A stretch of 64,000 nt of DNA from Eledone cirrhosa (taxonomy: Eukaryota), in contig OZ024752.1 of assembly GCA_964016885.1 (NCBI GenBank), forward strand, positions 13,950,001-14,014,000, read 5' to 3'. The notes below the pieces were generated by a model. The model ran no database searches, was not told the DNA's origin, and worked only from the letters and a program-made list of their open reading frames with translations. Of this stretch, positions 11,601-26,600 are shown in pieces (the stretch's first letter is position 1; the number at the start of each line of letters is the position of its first letter). The position numbers were made by a program, and so were the translations under genes.

Positions 11601-14600
11601 AGGCTGTTCAGACAGCAAAGAAGCGGCCATGAAAGGTTAGGTAGGCTGTTCAGACAGCAAAGAAGCAGCCATGAAATGTTAGGTAGGCTGTTCAGACAGC
11701 AAAGAAGCAGCCATGAAAGGTTAGGTAGGCTGTTCAGACAGCAAAGAAGCGGCCATGAAATGTTAGGTAGGCTGTTCAGACAGCAAAGAAGCGGACATGA
11801 AATGTTAGGTAGGCTGTTCAGACAGCAAAGAAGCGGACATGAAAGGTTAGGTAGGCTGTTCAGACAGCAAAGAAGCGGCCATGAAAGGTTAGGTAGGCTG
11901 TTCAGACAGCAAAGAAGCAGCCATGAAATGTTAGGTAGGCTGTTCAGACAGCAAAGAAGCGGCCATGAAATGTTAGGTAGGCTGTTCAGACAGCAAAGAA
12001 GCAGCCATGAAAGGTTAGGTAGGCTGCTCAGACAGCAAAGAAGCGGACATGAAAGGTTAGGTAGGCTGTTCAGACAGCAAAGAAGCGGACATGAAAGGTT
12101 AGGTAGGCTGTTCAGACAGCAAAGAAGCGGACATGAAAGGTTAGGTAGGCTGTTCAGACAGCAAAGAAGCAGCCATGAAAGGTTAGGTAGGCTGTTCAGA
12201 CAGCAAAGAAGCGGACATGAAAGGTTAGGTAGGCTGTTCAGACAGCAAAGAAGCGGACATGAAAGGTTAGGTAGGCTGTTCAGACAGCAAAGAAGCAGCC
12301 ATGAAAGGTTAGGTAGGCTGCTCAGACAGCAAAGAAGCAGCCATGAAAGGTTAGGTAGGCTGTTCAGACAGCAAAGAAGCGGCCATGAAATGTTAGGTAG
12401 GCTGTTCAGACAGCAAAGAAGCAGCCATGAAAGGTTAGGTAGGCTGCTCAGACAGCAAAGAAGCAGCCATGAAAGGTTAGGTAGGCTGTTCAGACAGCAA
12501 AGAAGCGGACATGAAAGGTTAGGTAGGCTGTTCAGACAGCAAAGAAGCGGACATGAAATGTTAGGTAGGCTGTTCAGACAGCAAATAAGGAGCCATGAAA
12601 TGTTAGGTAGGCTGTTCAGACAGCAAAGAAGCGGACATGAAATGTTAGGTAGGCTGCTCAGACAACAAAGAAGCGGACATGAAATGTTAGGTAGGCTGTT
12701 CAGACAGCAAAGAAGCGGCCATGAAATGTTAGGTAGGCTGTTCAGACAGCAAAGAAGCAGCCATGAAAGGTTAGGTAGGCTGTTCAGACAGCAAAGAGGC
12801 GGACATGAAAGGTTAGGTAGGCTGTTCAGACAGCAAAGTGGCGGCCATGAAATGTTAGGTAGGCTGTTCAGGCAGCAAAGAAGCGGCCATGAAATGTTAG
12901 GTAGGCTGTTCAGACAGCAAAGAAGCGGACATGAAAGGTTAGGTAGGCTGTTCAGACAGCAAAGAAGCGGCCATGAAAGGTTAGGTAGGCTGTTCAGACA
13001 GCAAAGAAGCGGCCATGAAATGTTAGGTAGGCTGTTCAGACAGCAAAGAAGCAGCCATGAAAGGTTAGGTAGGCTGTTCAGACAGCAAAGAAGCGGACAT
13101 GAAAGGTTAGGTAGGCTGTTCAGACAGCAAAGAAGCGGCCATGAAAGGTTAGGTAGGCTGTTCAGACAGCAAAGAAGCGGCCATGAAATGTTAGGTAGGC
13201 TGTTCAGACAGCAAAGAAGCAGCCATGAAAGGTTAGGTAGGCTGTTCAGACAGCAAAGAAGCGGACATGAAAGGTTAGGTAGGCTGTTCAGACAGCAAAG
13301 AAGCGGCCATGAAATGTTAGGTAGGCTGTTCAGACAGCAAAGAAGCAGCCATGAAAGGTTAGGTAGGCTGTTCAGACAGCAAAGAAGCGGACATGAAAGG
13401 TTAGGTAGGCTGTTCAGACAGCAAAGTGGCGGCCATGAAATGTTAGGTAGGCTATTCAGACAGCAAAGAAGCGGCCATGAAAGGTTAGGTAGGCTGTTCA
13501 GACAGCAAAGAAGCGGCCATGAAAGGTTAGGTAGGCTGTTCAGACAGCAAAGAAGCGGCCATGAAAGGTTAGGTAGGCTGTTCAGACAGCAAAGAAGCGG
13601 CCATGAAAGGTTAGGTAGGCTGTTCAGACAGCAAATAAGGAGCCATGAAAGGTTAGGTAGGCTGTTCAGACAGCAAAGAAGCGGCCATGAAAGGTTAGGT
13701 AGGCTGTTCAGACAGCAAAGAAGGAGCCATGAAAGGTTAGGTAGGCTGTTCAGACAGCAAAGAAGCGGACATGAAAGGTTAGGTAGGCTGTTCAGACAGC
13801 AAAGAAGCGGCCATGAAAGGTTAGGTAGGCTGTTCAGACAGCAAAGAAGCGGCCATGAAAGGTTAGGTAGGCTGTTCAGACAGCAAAGAAGCGGCCATGA
13901 AAGGTTAGGTAGGCTGTTCAGACAGCAAATAAGGAGCCATGAAAGGTTAGGTAGGCTGTTCAGACAGCAAAGAAGCGGACATGAAAGGTTAGGTAGGCTG
14001 TTCAGACAGCAAAGAAGCGGACATGAAAGGTTAGGTAGGCTGTTCAGACAGCAAAGAAGCGGCCATGAAATGTTAGGTAGGCTGTTCAGACAGCAAAGAA
14101 GCGGCCATGAAATGTTAGGTAGGCTGTTCAGACAGCAAAGAAGCGGACATGAAAGGTTAGGTAGGCTGTTCAGACAGCAAAGAAGCGGACATGAAAGGTT
14201 AGGTAGGCTGTTCAGACAGCAAAGAAGCGGACATGAAAGGTTAGGTAGGCTGTTCAGACAGCAAAGAAGCGGACATGAAAGGTTAGGTAGGCTGTTCAGA
14301 CAGCAAAGAAGCGGCCATGAAATGTTAGGTAGGCTGTTCAGACAGCAAAGAAGCGGACATGAAAGGTTAGGTAGGCTGTTCAGACAGCAAAGAAGCGGAC
14401 ATGAAAGGTTAGGTAGGCTGTTCAGACAGCAAAGAAGCGGACATGAAAGGTTAGGTAGGCTGTTCAGACAGCAAAGAAGCGGCCATGAAAGGTTAGGTAG
14501 GCTGTTCAGACAGCAAAGAAGCGGCCATGAAAGGTTAGGTAGGCTGTTCAGACAGCAAAGAAGCAGCCATGAAAGGTTAGGTAGGCTGTTCAGACAGCAA

Positions 14601-17600
14601 AGAAGCAGCCATGAAAGGTTAGGTAGGCTGTTCAGACAGCAAAGAAGCGGACATGAAAGGTTAGGTAGGCTGTTCAGACAGCAAAGAAGCAGCCATGAAA
14701 GGTTAGGTAGGCTGTTCAGACAGCAAAGAAGCGGACATGAAAGGTTAGGTAGGCTGTTCAGACAGCAAAGAAGCAGCCATGAAAGGTTAGGTAGGCTGTT
14801 CAGACAGCAAAGAAGCGGACATGAAAGGTTAGGTAGGCTGTTCAGACAGCAAAGAAGCAGCCATGAAAGGTTAGGTAGGCTGTTCAGACAGCAAAGAAGC
14901 GGACATGAAAGGTTAGGTAGGCTGTTCAGACAGCAAAGAAGCGGACATGAAAGGTTAGGTAGGCTGTTCAGACAGCAAAGAAGCGGCCATGAAAGGTTAG
15001 GTAGGCTGTTCAGACAGCAAAGAAGCGGCCATGAAAGGTTAGGTAGGCTGTTCAGACAGCAAAGAAGCGGACATGAAAGGTTAGGTAGGCTGTTCAGACA
15101 GCAAAGAAGCAGCCATGAAAGGTTAGGTAGGCTGTTCAGACAGCAAAGAAGCGGACATGAAAGGTTAGGTAGGCTGTTCAGACAGCAAAGAAGCGGACAT
15201 GAAAGGTTAGGTAGGCTGTTCAGACAGCAAAGAAGCGGACATGAAAGGTTAGGTAGGCTGTTCAGACAGCAAAGAAGCGGACATGAAAGGTTAGGTAGGC
15301 TGTTCAGACAGCAAAGAAGCGGACATGAAAGGTTAGGTAGGCTGTTCAGACAGCAAAGAAGCGGCCATGAAAGGTTAGGTAGGCTGTTCAGACAGCAAAG
15401 AAGCGGACATGAAAGGTTAGGTAGGCTGTTCAGACAGCAAAGAAGCGGACATGAAAGGTTAGGTAGGCTGTTCAGACAGCAAAGAAGCGGCCATGAAAGG
15501 TTAGGTAGGCTGTTCAGACAGCAAAGAAGCGGCCATGAAAGGTTAGGTAGGCTGTTCAGACAGCAAAGAAGCGGACATGAAAGGTTAGGTAGGCTGTTCA
15601 GACAGCAAAGAAGCGGACATGAAAGGTTAGGTAGGCTGTTCAGACAGCAAAGAAGCAGCCATGAAAGGTTAGGTAGGCTGTTCAGACAGCAAAGAAGCAG
15701 CCATGAAAGGTTAGGTAGGCTGTTCAGACAGCAAAGAAGCGGACATGAAAGGTTAGGTAGGCTGTTCAGACAGCAAAGAAGCGGACATGAAAGGTTAGGT
15801 AGGCTGTTCAGACAGCAAAGAAGGAGCCATGAAAGGTTAGGTAGGCTGTTCAGACAGCAAAGAAGCGGACATGAAAGGTTAGGTAGGCTGTTCAGACAGC
15901 AAAGAAGCGGACATGAAAGGTTAGGTAGGCTGTTCAGACAGCAAAGAAGCGGACATGAAAGGTTAGGTAGGCTGTTCAGACAGCAAAGAAGCGGCCATGA
16001 AACGTTAGGTAGGCTGTTCAGACAGCAAAGAAGCGGCCATGAAAGGTTAGGTAGGCTGTTCAGACAGCAAAGAAGCAGCCATGAAAGGTTAGGTAGGCTG
16101 TTCAGACAGCAAAGAAGCAGCCATGAAAGGTTAGGTAGGCTGTTCAGACAGCAAAGAAGCGGACATGAAAGGTTAGGTAGGCTGTTCAGACAGCAAAGAA
16201 GCAGCCATGAAAGGTTAGGTAGGCTGTTCAGACAGCAAAGAAGCGGACATGAAAGGTTAGGTAGGCTGTTCAGACAGCAAAGAAGCAGCCATGAAAGGTT
16301 AGGTAGGCTGTTCAGACAGCAAAGAAGCGGACATGAAAGGTTAGGTAGGCTGTTCAGACAGCAAAGAAGCAGCCATGAAAGGTTAGGTAGGCTGTTCAGA
16401 CAGCAAAGAAGCGGACATGAAAGGTTAGGTAGGCTGTTCAGACAGCAAAGAAGCGGACATGAAAGGTTAGGTAGGCTGTTCAGACAGCAAAGAAGCGGCC
16501 ATGAAAGGTTAGGTAGGCTGTTCAGACAGCAAAGAAGCGGCCATGAAAGGTTAGGTAGGCTGTTCAGACAGCAAAGAAGCGGACATGAAAGGTTAGGTAG
16601 GCTGTTCAGACAGCAAAGAAGCAGCCATGAAAGGTTAGGTAGGCTGTTCAGACAGCAAAGAAGCGGACATGAAAGGTTAGGTAGGCTGTTCAGACAGCAA
16701 AGAAGCGGACATGAAAGGTTAGGTAGGCTGTTCAGACAGCAAAGAAGCGGACATGAAAGGTTAGGTAGGCTGTTCAGACAGCAAAGAAGCGGACATGAAA
16801 GGTTAGGTAGGCTGTTCAGACAGCAAAGAAGCGGACATGAAAGGTTAGGTAGGCTGTTCAGACAGCAAAGAAGCGGCCATGAAAGGTTAGGTAGGCTGTT
16901 CAGACAGCAAAGAAGCGGACATGAAAGGTTAGGTAGGCTGTTCAGACAGCAAAGAAGCGGACATGAAAGGTTAGGTAGGCTGTTCAGACAGCAAAGAAGC
17001 GGCCATGAAAGGTTAGGTAGGCTGTTCAGACAGCAAAGAAGCGGCCATGAAAGGTTAGGTAGGCTGTTCAGACAGCAAAAAAGCGGACATGAAAGGTTAG
17101 GTAGGCTGTTCAGACAGCAAAGAAGCGGACATGAAAGGTTAGGTAGGCTGTTCAGACAGCAAAGAAGCAGCCATGAAAGGTTAGGTAGGTTGTTCAGACA
17201 GCAAAGAAGCAGCCATGAAAGGTTAGGTAGGCTGTTCAGACAGCAAAGAAGCGGACATGAAAGGTTAGGTAGGCTGTTCAGACAGCAAAGAAGCGGACAT
17301 GAAAGGTTAGGTAGGCTGTTCAGACAGCAAAGAAGGAGCCATGAAAGGTTAGGTAGGCTGTTCAGACAGCAAAGAAGCGGACATGAAAGGTTAGGTAGGC
17401 TGTTCAGACAGCAAAGAAGCGGACATGAAAGGTTAGGTAGGCTGTTCAGACAGCAAAGAAGGAGCCATGAAAGGTTAGGTAGGCTGTTCAGACAGCAAAG
17501 AAGCGGACATGAAAGGTTAGGTAGGCTGTTCAGACAGCAAAGAAGCGGACATGAAAGGTTAGGTAGGCTGTTCAGACAGCAAAGAAGCGGACATGAAAGG

Positions 17601-20600
17601 TTAGGTAGGCTGTTCAGACAGCAAAGAAGCGGACATGAAAGGTTAGGTAGGCTGTTCAGACAGCAAAGAAGGAGCCATGAAATGTTAGGTAGGCTGTTCA
17701 GACAGCAAAGAAGCGGACATGAAAGGTTAGGTAGGCTGTTCAGACAGCAAAGAAGCGGACATGAAAGGTTAGGTAGGCTGTTCAGACAGCAAAGAAGCGG
17801 CCATGAAAGGTTAGGTAGGCTGTTCAGACAGCAAAGAAGCGGACATGAAAGGTTAGGTAGGCTGTTCAGACAGCAAAGAAGCGGACATGAAAGGTTAGGT
17901 AGGCTGTTCAGACAGCAAAGAAGCGGCCATGAAAGGTTAGGTAGGCTGTTCAGACAGCAAAGAAGCGGACATGAAAGGTTAGGTAGGCTGTTCAGACAGC
18001 AAAGAAGCGGCCATGAAAGGTTAGGTAGGCTGTTCAGACAGCAAAGAAGCGGACATGAAAGGTTAGGTAGGCTGTTCAGACAGCAAAGAAGCGGCCATGA
18101 AAGGTTAGGTAGGCTGTTCAGACAGCAAAGAAGCGGACATGAAAGGTTAGGTAGGCTGTTCAGACAGCAAAGAAGTGGCCATGAAAGGTTAGGTAGGCTG
18201 TTCAGACAGCAAAGAAGCAGCCATGAAAGGTTAGGTAGGCTGTTCAGACAGCAAAGAAGCGGACATGAAATGTTAGGTAGGCTGTTCAGACAGCAAAGAA
18301 GCGGCCATGAAATGTTAGGTAGGCTGTTCAGACAGCAAAGAAGCGGACATGAAAGGTTAGGTAGGCTGTTCAGACAGCAAAGAAGCGGACATGAAAGGTT
18401 AGGTAGGCTGTTCAGACAGCAAAGAAGCAGCCATGAAAGGTTAGGTAGGCTGTTCAGACAGCAAAGAAGCGGCCATGAAAGGTTAGGTAGGCTGTTCAGA
18501 CAGCAAAGAAGCGGACATGAAAGGTTAGGTAGGCTGTTCAGACAGCAAAGAAGCGGCCATGAAAGGTTAGGTAGGCTGTTCAGACAGCAAAGAAGCGGCC
18601 ATGAAAGGTTAGGTAGGCTGTTCAGACAGCAAAGAAGCGGACATGAAAGGTTAGGTAGGCTGTTCAGACAGCAAAGAAGCGGACATGAAAGGTTAGGTAG
18701 GCTGTTCAGACAGCAAAGAAGCAGCCATGAAAGGTTAGGTAGGCTGTTCAGACAGCAAAGAAGCGGACATGAAAGGTTAGGTAGGCTGTTCAGACAGCAA
18801 AGAAGCGGACATGAAAGGTTAGGTAGGCTGTTCAGACAGCAAAGAAGCGGACATGAAAGGTTAGGTAGGCTGTTCAGACAGCAAAGAAGCGGACATGAAA
18901 GGTTAGGTAGGCTGTTCAGACAGCAAAGAAGCGGCCATGAAAGGTTAGGTAGGCTGTTCAGACAGCAAAGAAGCGGCCATGAAAGGTTAGGTAGGCTGTT
19001 CAGACAGCAAAGAAGCGGACATGAAAGGTTAGGTAGGCTGTTCAGACAGCAAAGAAGCGGCCATGAAAGGTTAGGTAGGCTGTTCAGACAGCAAAGAAGC
19101 GGACATGGAAGGTTAGGTGGGCTGTTCAGACAGCAAAGAAGCGGACATGAAAGGTTAGGTAGGCTGTTCAGACAGCAAAGAAGCAGCCATGAAATGTTAG
19201 GTAGGCTGTTCAGACAGCAAAGAAGCGGACATGAAAGGTTAGGTAGGCTGTTCAGACAGCAAAGAAGCGGACATGAAAGGTTAGGTAGGCTGTTCAGACA
19301 GCAAAGAAGCGGACATGAAAGGTTAGGTAGGCTGTTCAGACAGCAAAGAAGCAGCCATGAAAGGTTAGGTAGGCTGTTCAGACAGCAAAGAAGCGGCCAT
19401 GAAAGGTTAGGTAGGCTGTTCAGACAGCAAAGAAGTGGACATGAAAGGTTAGGTAGGCTGTTCAGACAGCAAAGAAGCAGCCATGAAAGGTTAGGTAGGC
19501 TGTTCAGACAGCAAAGAAGCGGACATGAAAGGTTAGGTAGGCTGTTCAGACAGCAAAGAAGCGGCCATGAAAGGTTAGGTAGGCTGTTCAGACAGCAAAG
19601 AAGCGGACATGAAAGGTTAGGTAGGCTGTTCAGACAGCAAAGAAGCGGCCATGAAATGTTAGGTAGGCTGTTCAGACAGCAAAGAAGCGGACATGAAAGG
19701 TTAGGTAGGCTGTTCAGACAGCAAAGAAGCGGCCATGAAAGGTTAGGTAGGCTGTTCAGACAGCAAAGAAGTGGACATGAAAGGTTAGGTAGGCTGTTCA
19801 AACAGCAAAGAAGCGGCCATGAAAGGTTAGGTAGGCTGTTCAGACAGCAAAGAAGCGGACATGAAAGGTTAGGTAGGCTGTTCAGACAGCAAAGAAGCGG
19901 CCATGAAAGGTTAGGTAGGCTGTTCAGACAGCAAAGAAGCGGCCATGAAATGTTAGGTAGGCTGTTCAGACAGCAAAGAAGCGGACATGAAATGTTAGGT
20001 AGGCTGTTCAGACAGCAAAGAAGCGGCCATGAAAGGTTAGGTAGGCTGTTCAGACAGCAAAGAAGCGGACATGAAAGGTTAGGTAGGCTGTTCAGACAGC
20101 AAATAAGGAGCCATGAAAGGTTAGGTAGGCTGTTCAGACAGCAAAGAAGCGGCCATGAAAGGTTAGGTAGGCTGTTCAGACAGCAAAGAAGCGGACATGA
20201 AAGGTTAGGTAGGCTGTTCAGACAGCAAATAAGGAGCCATGAAAGGTTAGGTAGGCTGTTCAGACAGCAAAGAAGCGGCCATGAAAGGTTAGGTAGGCTG
20301 TTCAGACAGCAAAGAAGCGGCCATGAAAGGTTAGGTAGGCTGTTCAGACAGCAAAGAAGCGGCCATGAAAGGTTAGGTAGGCTGTTCAGACAGCAAAGAA
20401 GCAGCCATGAAAGGTTAGGTAGGCTGTTCAGACAGCAAAGAAGCGGCCATGAAAGGTTAGGTAGGCTGTTCAGACAGCAAAGAAGTGGACATGAAAGGTT
20501 AGGTAGGCTGTTCAGACAGCAAAGAAGCAGCCATGAAAGGTTAGGTAGGCTGTTCAGACAGCAAAGAAGCGGACATGAAAGGTTAGGTAGGCTGTTCAGA

Positions 20601-23600
20601 CAGCAAAGAAGCGGCCATGAAAGGTTAGGTAGGCTGTTCAGACAGCAAAGAAGCGGACATGAAAGGTTAGGTAGGCTGTTCAGACAGCAAAGAAGCGGCC
20701 ATGAAATGTTAGGTAGGCTGTTCAGACAGCAAAGAAGCGGACATGAAAGGTTAGGTAGGCTGTTCAGACAGCAAAGAAGCGGCCATGAAAGGTTAGGTAG
20801 GCTGTTCAGACAGCAAAGAAGCGGACATGAAAGGTTAGGTAGGCTGTTCAAACAGCAAAGAAGCGGCCATGAAAGGTTAGGTAGGCTGTTCAGACAGCAA
20901 AGAAGCGGACATGAAAGGTTAGGTAGTCTGTTCAGACAGCAAAGAAGCGGCCATGAAAGGTTAGGTAGGCTGTTCAGACAGCAAAGAAGCGGCCATGAAA
21001 TGTTAGGTAGGCTGTTCAGACAGCAAAGAAGCGGACATGAAATGTTAGGTAGGCTGTTCAGACAGCAAAGAAGCGGCCATGAAAGGTTAGGTAGGCTGTT
21101 CAGACAGCAAAGAAGCGGACATGAAAGGTTAGGTAGGCTGTTCAGACAGCAAATAAGGAGCCATGAAAGGTTAGGTAGGCTGTTCAGACAGCAAAGAAGC
21201 GGCCATGAAAGGTTAGGTAGGCTGTTCAGACAGCAAAGAAGCGGACATGAAAGGTTAGGTAGGCTGTTCAGACAGCAAATAAGGAGCCATGAAAGGTTAG
21301 GTAGGCTGTTCAGACAGCAAAGAAGCGGCCATGAAAGGTTAGGTAGGCTGTTCAGACAGCAAAGAAGCGGCCATGAAAGGTTAGGTAGGCTGTTCAGACA
21401 GCAAAGAAGCGGCCATGAAATGTTAGGTAGGCTGTTCAGACAGCAAAGAAGCGGCCATGAAAGGTTAGGTAGGCTGTTCAGACAGCAAAGAAGCGGCCAT
21501 GAAAGGTTAGGTAGGCTGTTCAGACAGCAAAGAAGCGGCCATGAAATGTTAGGTAGGCTGTTCAGACAGAAAAGAAGCGGACATGAAAGGTTAGGTAGGC
21601 TGTTCAGACAGCAAAGAAGCGGACATGAAAGGTTAGGTAGGCTGTTCAGACAGCAAAGAAGCGGACATGAAAGGTTAGGTAGGCTGTTCAGACAGCAAAG
21701 AAGCGGACATGAAAGGTTAGGTAGGCTGTTCAGACAGCAAAGAAGCAGCCATGAAAGGTTAGGTAGGCTGTTCAGACAGCAAAGAAGCGGCCATGAAAGG
21801 TTAGGTAGGCTGTTCAGACAGCAAAGAAGCGGACATGAAAGGTTAGGTAGGCTGTTCAGACAGCAAAGAAGCGGCCATGAAAGGTTAGGTAGGCTGTTCA
21901 GACAGCAAAGAAGCGGCCATGAAAGGTTAGGTAGGCTGTTCAGACAGCAAAGAAGCGGACATGAAAGGTTAGGTAGGCTGTTCAGACAGCAAAGAAGCGG
22001 ACATGAAAGGTTAGGTAGGCTGTTCAGACAGCAAAGAAGCAGCCATGAAAGGTTAGGTAGGCTGTTCAGACAGCAAAGAAGCGGACATGAAAGGTTAGGT
22101 AGGCTGTTCAGACAGCAAAGAAGCGGACATGAAAGGTTAGGTAGGCTGTTCAGACAGCAAAGAAGCGGACATGAAAGGTTAGGTAGGCTGTTCAGACAGC
22201 AAAGAAGCGGACATGAAAGGTTAGGTAGGCTGTTCAGACAGCAAAGAAGCAGCCATGAAAGGTTAGGTAGGCTGTTCAGACAGCAAAGAAGCGGCCATGA
22301 AAGGTTAGGTAGGCTGTTCAGACAGCAAAGAAGCGGACATGAAAGGTTAGGTAGGCTGTTCAGACAGCAAAGAAGCGGCCATGAAAGGTTAGGTAGGCTG
22401 TTCAGACAGCAAAGAAGCGGACATGGAAGGTTAGGTAGGCTGTTCAGACAGCAAAGAAGCGGACATGAAAGGTTAGGTAGGCTGTTCAGACAGCAAAGAA
22501 GCAGCCATGAAATGTTAGGTAGGCTGTTCAGACAGCAAAGAAGCGGACATGAAAGGTTAGGTAGGCTGTTCAGACAGCAAAGAAGCGGACATGAAAGGTT
22601 AGGTAGGCTGTTCAGACAGCAAAGAAGCGGACATGAAAGGTTAGGTAGGCTGTTCAGACAGCAAAGAAGCAGCCATGAAAGGTTAGGTAGGCTGTTCAGA
22701 CAGCAAAGAAGCGGCCATGAAAGGTTAGGTAGGCTGTTCAGACAGCAAAGAAGTGGACATGAAAGGTTAGGTAGGCTGTTCAGACAGCAAAGAAGCAGCC
22801 ATGAAAGGTTAGGTAGGCTGTTCAGACAGCAAAGAAGCGGACATGAAAGGTTAGGTAGGCTGTTCAGACAGCAAAGAAGCGGCCATGAAAGGTTAGGTAG
22901 GCTGTTCAGACAGCAAAGAAGCGGACATGAAAGGTTAGGTAGGCTGTTCAGACAGCAAAGAAGCGGCCATGAAATGTTAGGTAGGCTGTTCAGACAGCAA
23001 AGAAGCGGACATGAAAGGTTAGGTAGGCTGTTCAGACAGCAAAGAAGCGGCCATGAAAGGTTAGGTAGGCTGTTCAGACAGCAAAGAAGCGGACATGAAA
23101 GGTTAGGTAGGCTGTTCAAACAGCAAAGAAGCGGCCATGAAAGGTTAGGTAGGCTGTTCAGACAGCAAAGAAGCGGACATGAAAGGTTAGGTAGGCTGTT
23201 CAGACAGCAAATAAGGAGCCATGAAAGGTTAGGTAGGCTGTTCAGACAGCAAAGAAGCGGCCATGAAAGGTTAGGTAGGCTGTTCAGACAGCAAAGAAGC
23301 GGCCATGAAAGGTTAGGTAGGCTGTTCAGACAGCAAAGAAGCGGCCATGAAAGGTTAGGTAGGCTGTTCAGACAGCAAAGAAGCAGCCATGAAAGGTTAG
23401 GTAGGCTGTTCAGACAGCAAAGAAGCGGCCATGAAAGGTTAGGTAGGCTGTTCAGACAGCAAAGAAGTGGACATGAAAGGTTAGGTAGGCTGTTCAGACA
23501 GCAAAGAAGCAGCCATGAAAGGTTAGGTAGGCTGTTCAGACAGCAAAGAAGCGGACATGAAAGGTTAGGTAGGCTGTTCAGACAGCAAAGAAGCGGCCAT

Positions 23601-26600
23601 GAAAGGTTAGGTAGGCTGTTCAGACAGCAAAGAAGCGGACATGAAAGGTTAGGTAGGCTGTTCAGACAGCAAAGAAGCGGCCATGAAATGTTAGGTAGGC
23701 TGTTCAGACAGCAAAGAAGCGGACATGAAAGGTTAGGTAGGCTGTTCAGACAGCAAAGAAGCGGCCATGAAAGGTTAGGTAGGCTGTTCAGACAGCAAAG
23801 AAGCGGACATGAAAGGTTAGGTAGGCTGTTCAAACAGCAAAGAAGCGGCCATGAAAGGTTAGGTAGGCTGTTCAGACAGCAAAGAAGCGGACATGAAAGG
23901 TTAGGTAGGCTGTTCAGACAGCAAAGAAGCGGCCATGAAAGGTTAGGTAGGCTGTTCAGACAGCAAAGAAGCGGCCATGAAATGTTAGGTAGGCTGTTCA
24001 GACAGCAAAGAAGCGGACATGAAATGTTAGGTAGGCTGTTCAGACAGCAAAGAAGCGGCCATGAAAGGTTAGGTAGGCTGTTCAGACAGCAAAGAAGCGG
24101 ACATGAAAGGTTAGGTAGGCTGTTCAGACAGCAAATAAGGAGCCATGAAAGGTTAGGTAGGCTGTTCAGACAGCAAAGAAGCGGCCATGAAAGGTTAGGT
24201 AGGCTGTTCAGACAGCAAAGAAGCGGACATGAAAGGTTAGGTAGGCTGTTCAGACAGCAAATAAGGAGCCATGAAAGGTTAGGTAGGCTGTTCAGACAGC
24301 AAAGAAGCGGCCATGAAAGGTTAGGTAGGCTGTTCAGACAGCAAAGAAGCGGCCATGAAAGGTTAGGTAGGCTGTTCAGACAGCAAAGAAGCGGCCATGA
24401 AATGTTAGGTAGGCTGTTCAGACAGCAAAGAAGCGGCCATGAAAGGTTAGGTAGGCTGTTCAGACAGCAAAGAAGCGGCCATGAAAGGTTAGGTAGGCTG
24501 TTCAGACAGCAAAGAAGCGGCCATGAAATGTTAGGTAGGCTGTTCAGACAGAAAAGAAGCGGACATGAAAGGTTAGGTAGGCTGTTCAGACAGCAAAGAA
24601 GCGGCCATGAAATGTTAGGTAGGCTGTTCAGACAGCAAAGAAGCGGCCATGAAATGTTAGGTAGGCTGTTCAGACAGCAAAGAAGCGGCCATGAAAGGTT
24701 AGGTAGGCTGTTCAGACAGCAAAGAAGCAGCCATGAAATGTTAGGTAGGCTGTTCAGACAGCAAAGAAGCGGCCATGAAATGTTAGGTAGGCTGTTCAGA
24801 CAGCAAAGAAGCGGCCATGAAATGTTAGGTAGGCTGTTCAGACAGCAAAGAAGCGGCCATGAAATGTTAGGTAGGCTGTTCAGACAGCAAAGAAGCGGCC
24901 ATGAAATGTTAGGTAGGCTGTTCAGACAGCAAAGAAGCGGCCATGAAAGGTTAGGTAGGCTGTTCAGACAGCAAAGAAGCGGACATGAAAGGTTAGGTAG
25001 GCTGTTCAGACAGCAAAGAAGCGGACATGAAAGGTTAGGTAGGCTGTTCAGACAGCAAAGAAGCGGACATGAAAGGTTAGGTAGGCTGTTCAGACAGCAA
25101 AGAAGCGGACATGAAAGGTTAGGTAGGCTGTTCAGACAGCAAAGAAGCGGACATGAAAGGTTAGGTAGGCTGTTCAGACAGCAAAGAAGCGGACATGAAA
25201 GGTTAGGTAGGCTGTTCAGACAGCAAAGAAGCGGACATGAAAGGTTAGGTAGGCTGTTCAGACAGCAAAGAAGCGGACATGAAAGGTTAGGTAGGCTGTT
25301 CAGACAGCAAAGAAGCGGACATGAAAGGTTAGGTAGGCTGTTCAGACAGCAAAGAAGCAGCCATGAAAGGTTAGGTAGGCTGTTCAGACAGCAAAGAAGC
25401 GGACATGAAAGGTTAGGTAGGCTGTTCAGACAGCAAAGAAGCAGCCATGAAAGGTTAGGTAGGCTGTTCAGACAGCAAAGAAGCAGCCATGAAATGTTAG
25501 GTAGGCTGTTCAGACAGCAAAGAAGCGGACATGAAAGGTTAGGTAGGCTGTTCAGACAGCAAAGAAGCGGCCATGAAATGTTAGGTAGGCTGTTCAGACA
25601 GCAAAGAAGCGAACATGAAAGGTTAGGTAGGCTGTTCAGACAGCAAAGAAGCGGACATGAAATGTTAGGTAGGCTGTTCAGACAGCAAAGACGCGGCCAT
25701 GAAATGTTAGGTAGGCTGCTCAGACAGCAAAGAAGCAGCCATGAAATGTTAGGTAGGCTGTTCAGACAGCAAAGAAGCGGACATGAAAGGTTAGGTAGGC
25801 TGTTCAGACAGCAAAGAAGCGGACATGAAAGGTTAGGTAGGCTGTTCAGACAGCAAAGAAGCGGACATGAAAGGTTAGGTAGGCTGTTCAGACAGCAAAG
25901 AAGCGGACATGAAAGGTTAGGTAGGCTGTTCAGACAGCAAAGAAGCGGACATGAAAGGTTAGGTAGGCTGTTCAGACAGCAAAGAAGTGGACATGAAAGG
26001 TTAGGTAGGCTGTTCAGACAGCAAAGAAGCAGCCATGAAAGGTTAGGTAGGCTGTTCAGACAGCAAAGAAGCGGACATGAAAGGTTAGGTAGGCTGTTCA
26101 GACAGCAAAGAAGCAGCCATGAAAGGTTAGGTAGGCTGTTCAGACAGCAAAGAAGCAGCCATGAAATGTTAGGTAGGCTGTTCAGACAGCAAAGAAGCGG
26201 ACATGAAAGGTTAGGTAGGCTGTTCAGACAGCAAAGAAGCGGCCATGAAATGTTAGGTAGGCTGTTCAGACAGCAAAGAAGCGGACATGAAAGGTTAGGT
26301 AGGCTGTTCAGACAGCAAAGAAGCGGACATGAAATGTTAGGTAGGCTGTTCAGACAGCAAAGAAGCGGCCATGAAATGTTAGGTAGGCTGCTCAGACAGC
26401 AAAGAAGCAGCCATGAAATGTTAGGTAGGCTGTTCAGACAGCAAAGAAGCGGACATGAAAGGTTAGGTAGGCTGTTCAGACAGCAAAGAAGCAGCCATGA
26501 AAGGTTAGGTAGGCTGTTCAGACAGCAAAGAAGCAGCCATGAAAGGTTAGGTAGGCTGTTCAGACAGCAAAGAAGCGGACATGAAAGGTTAGGTAGGCTG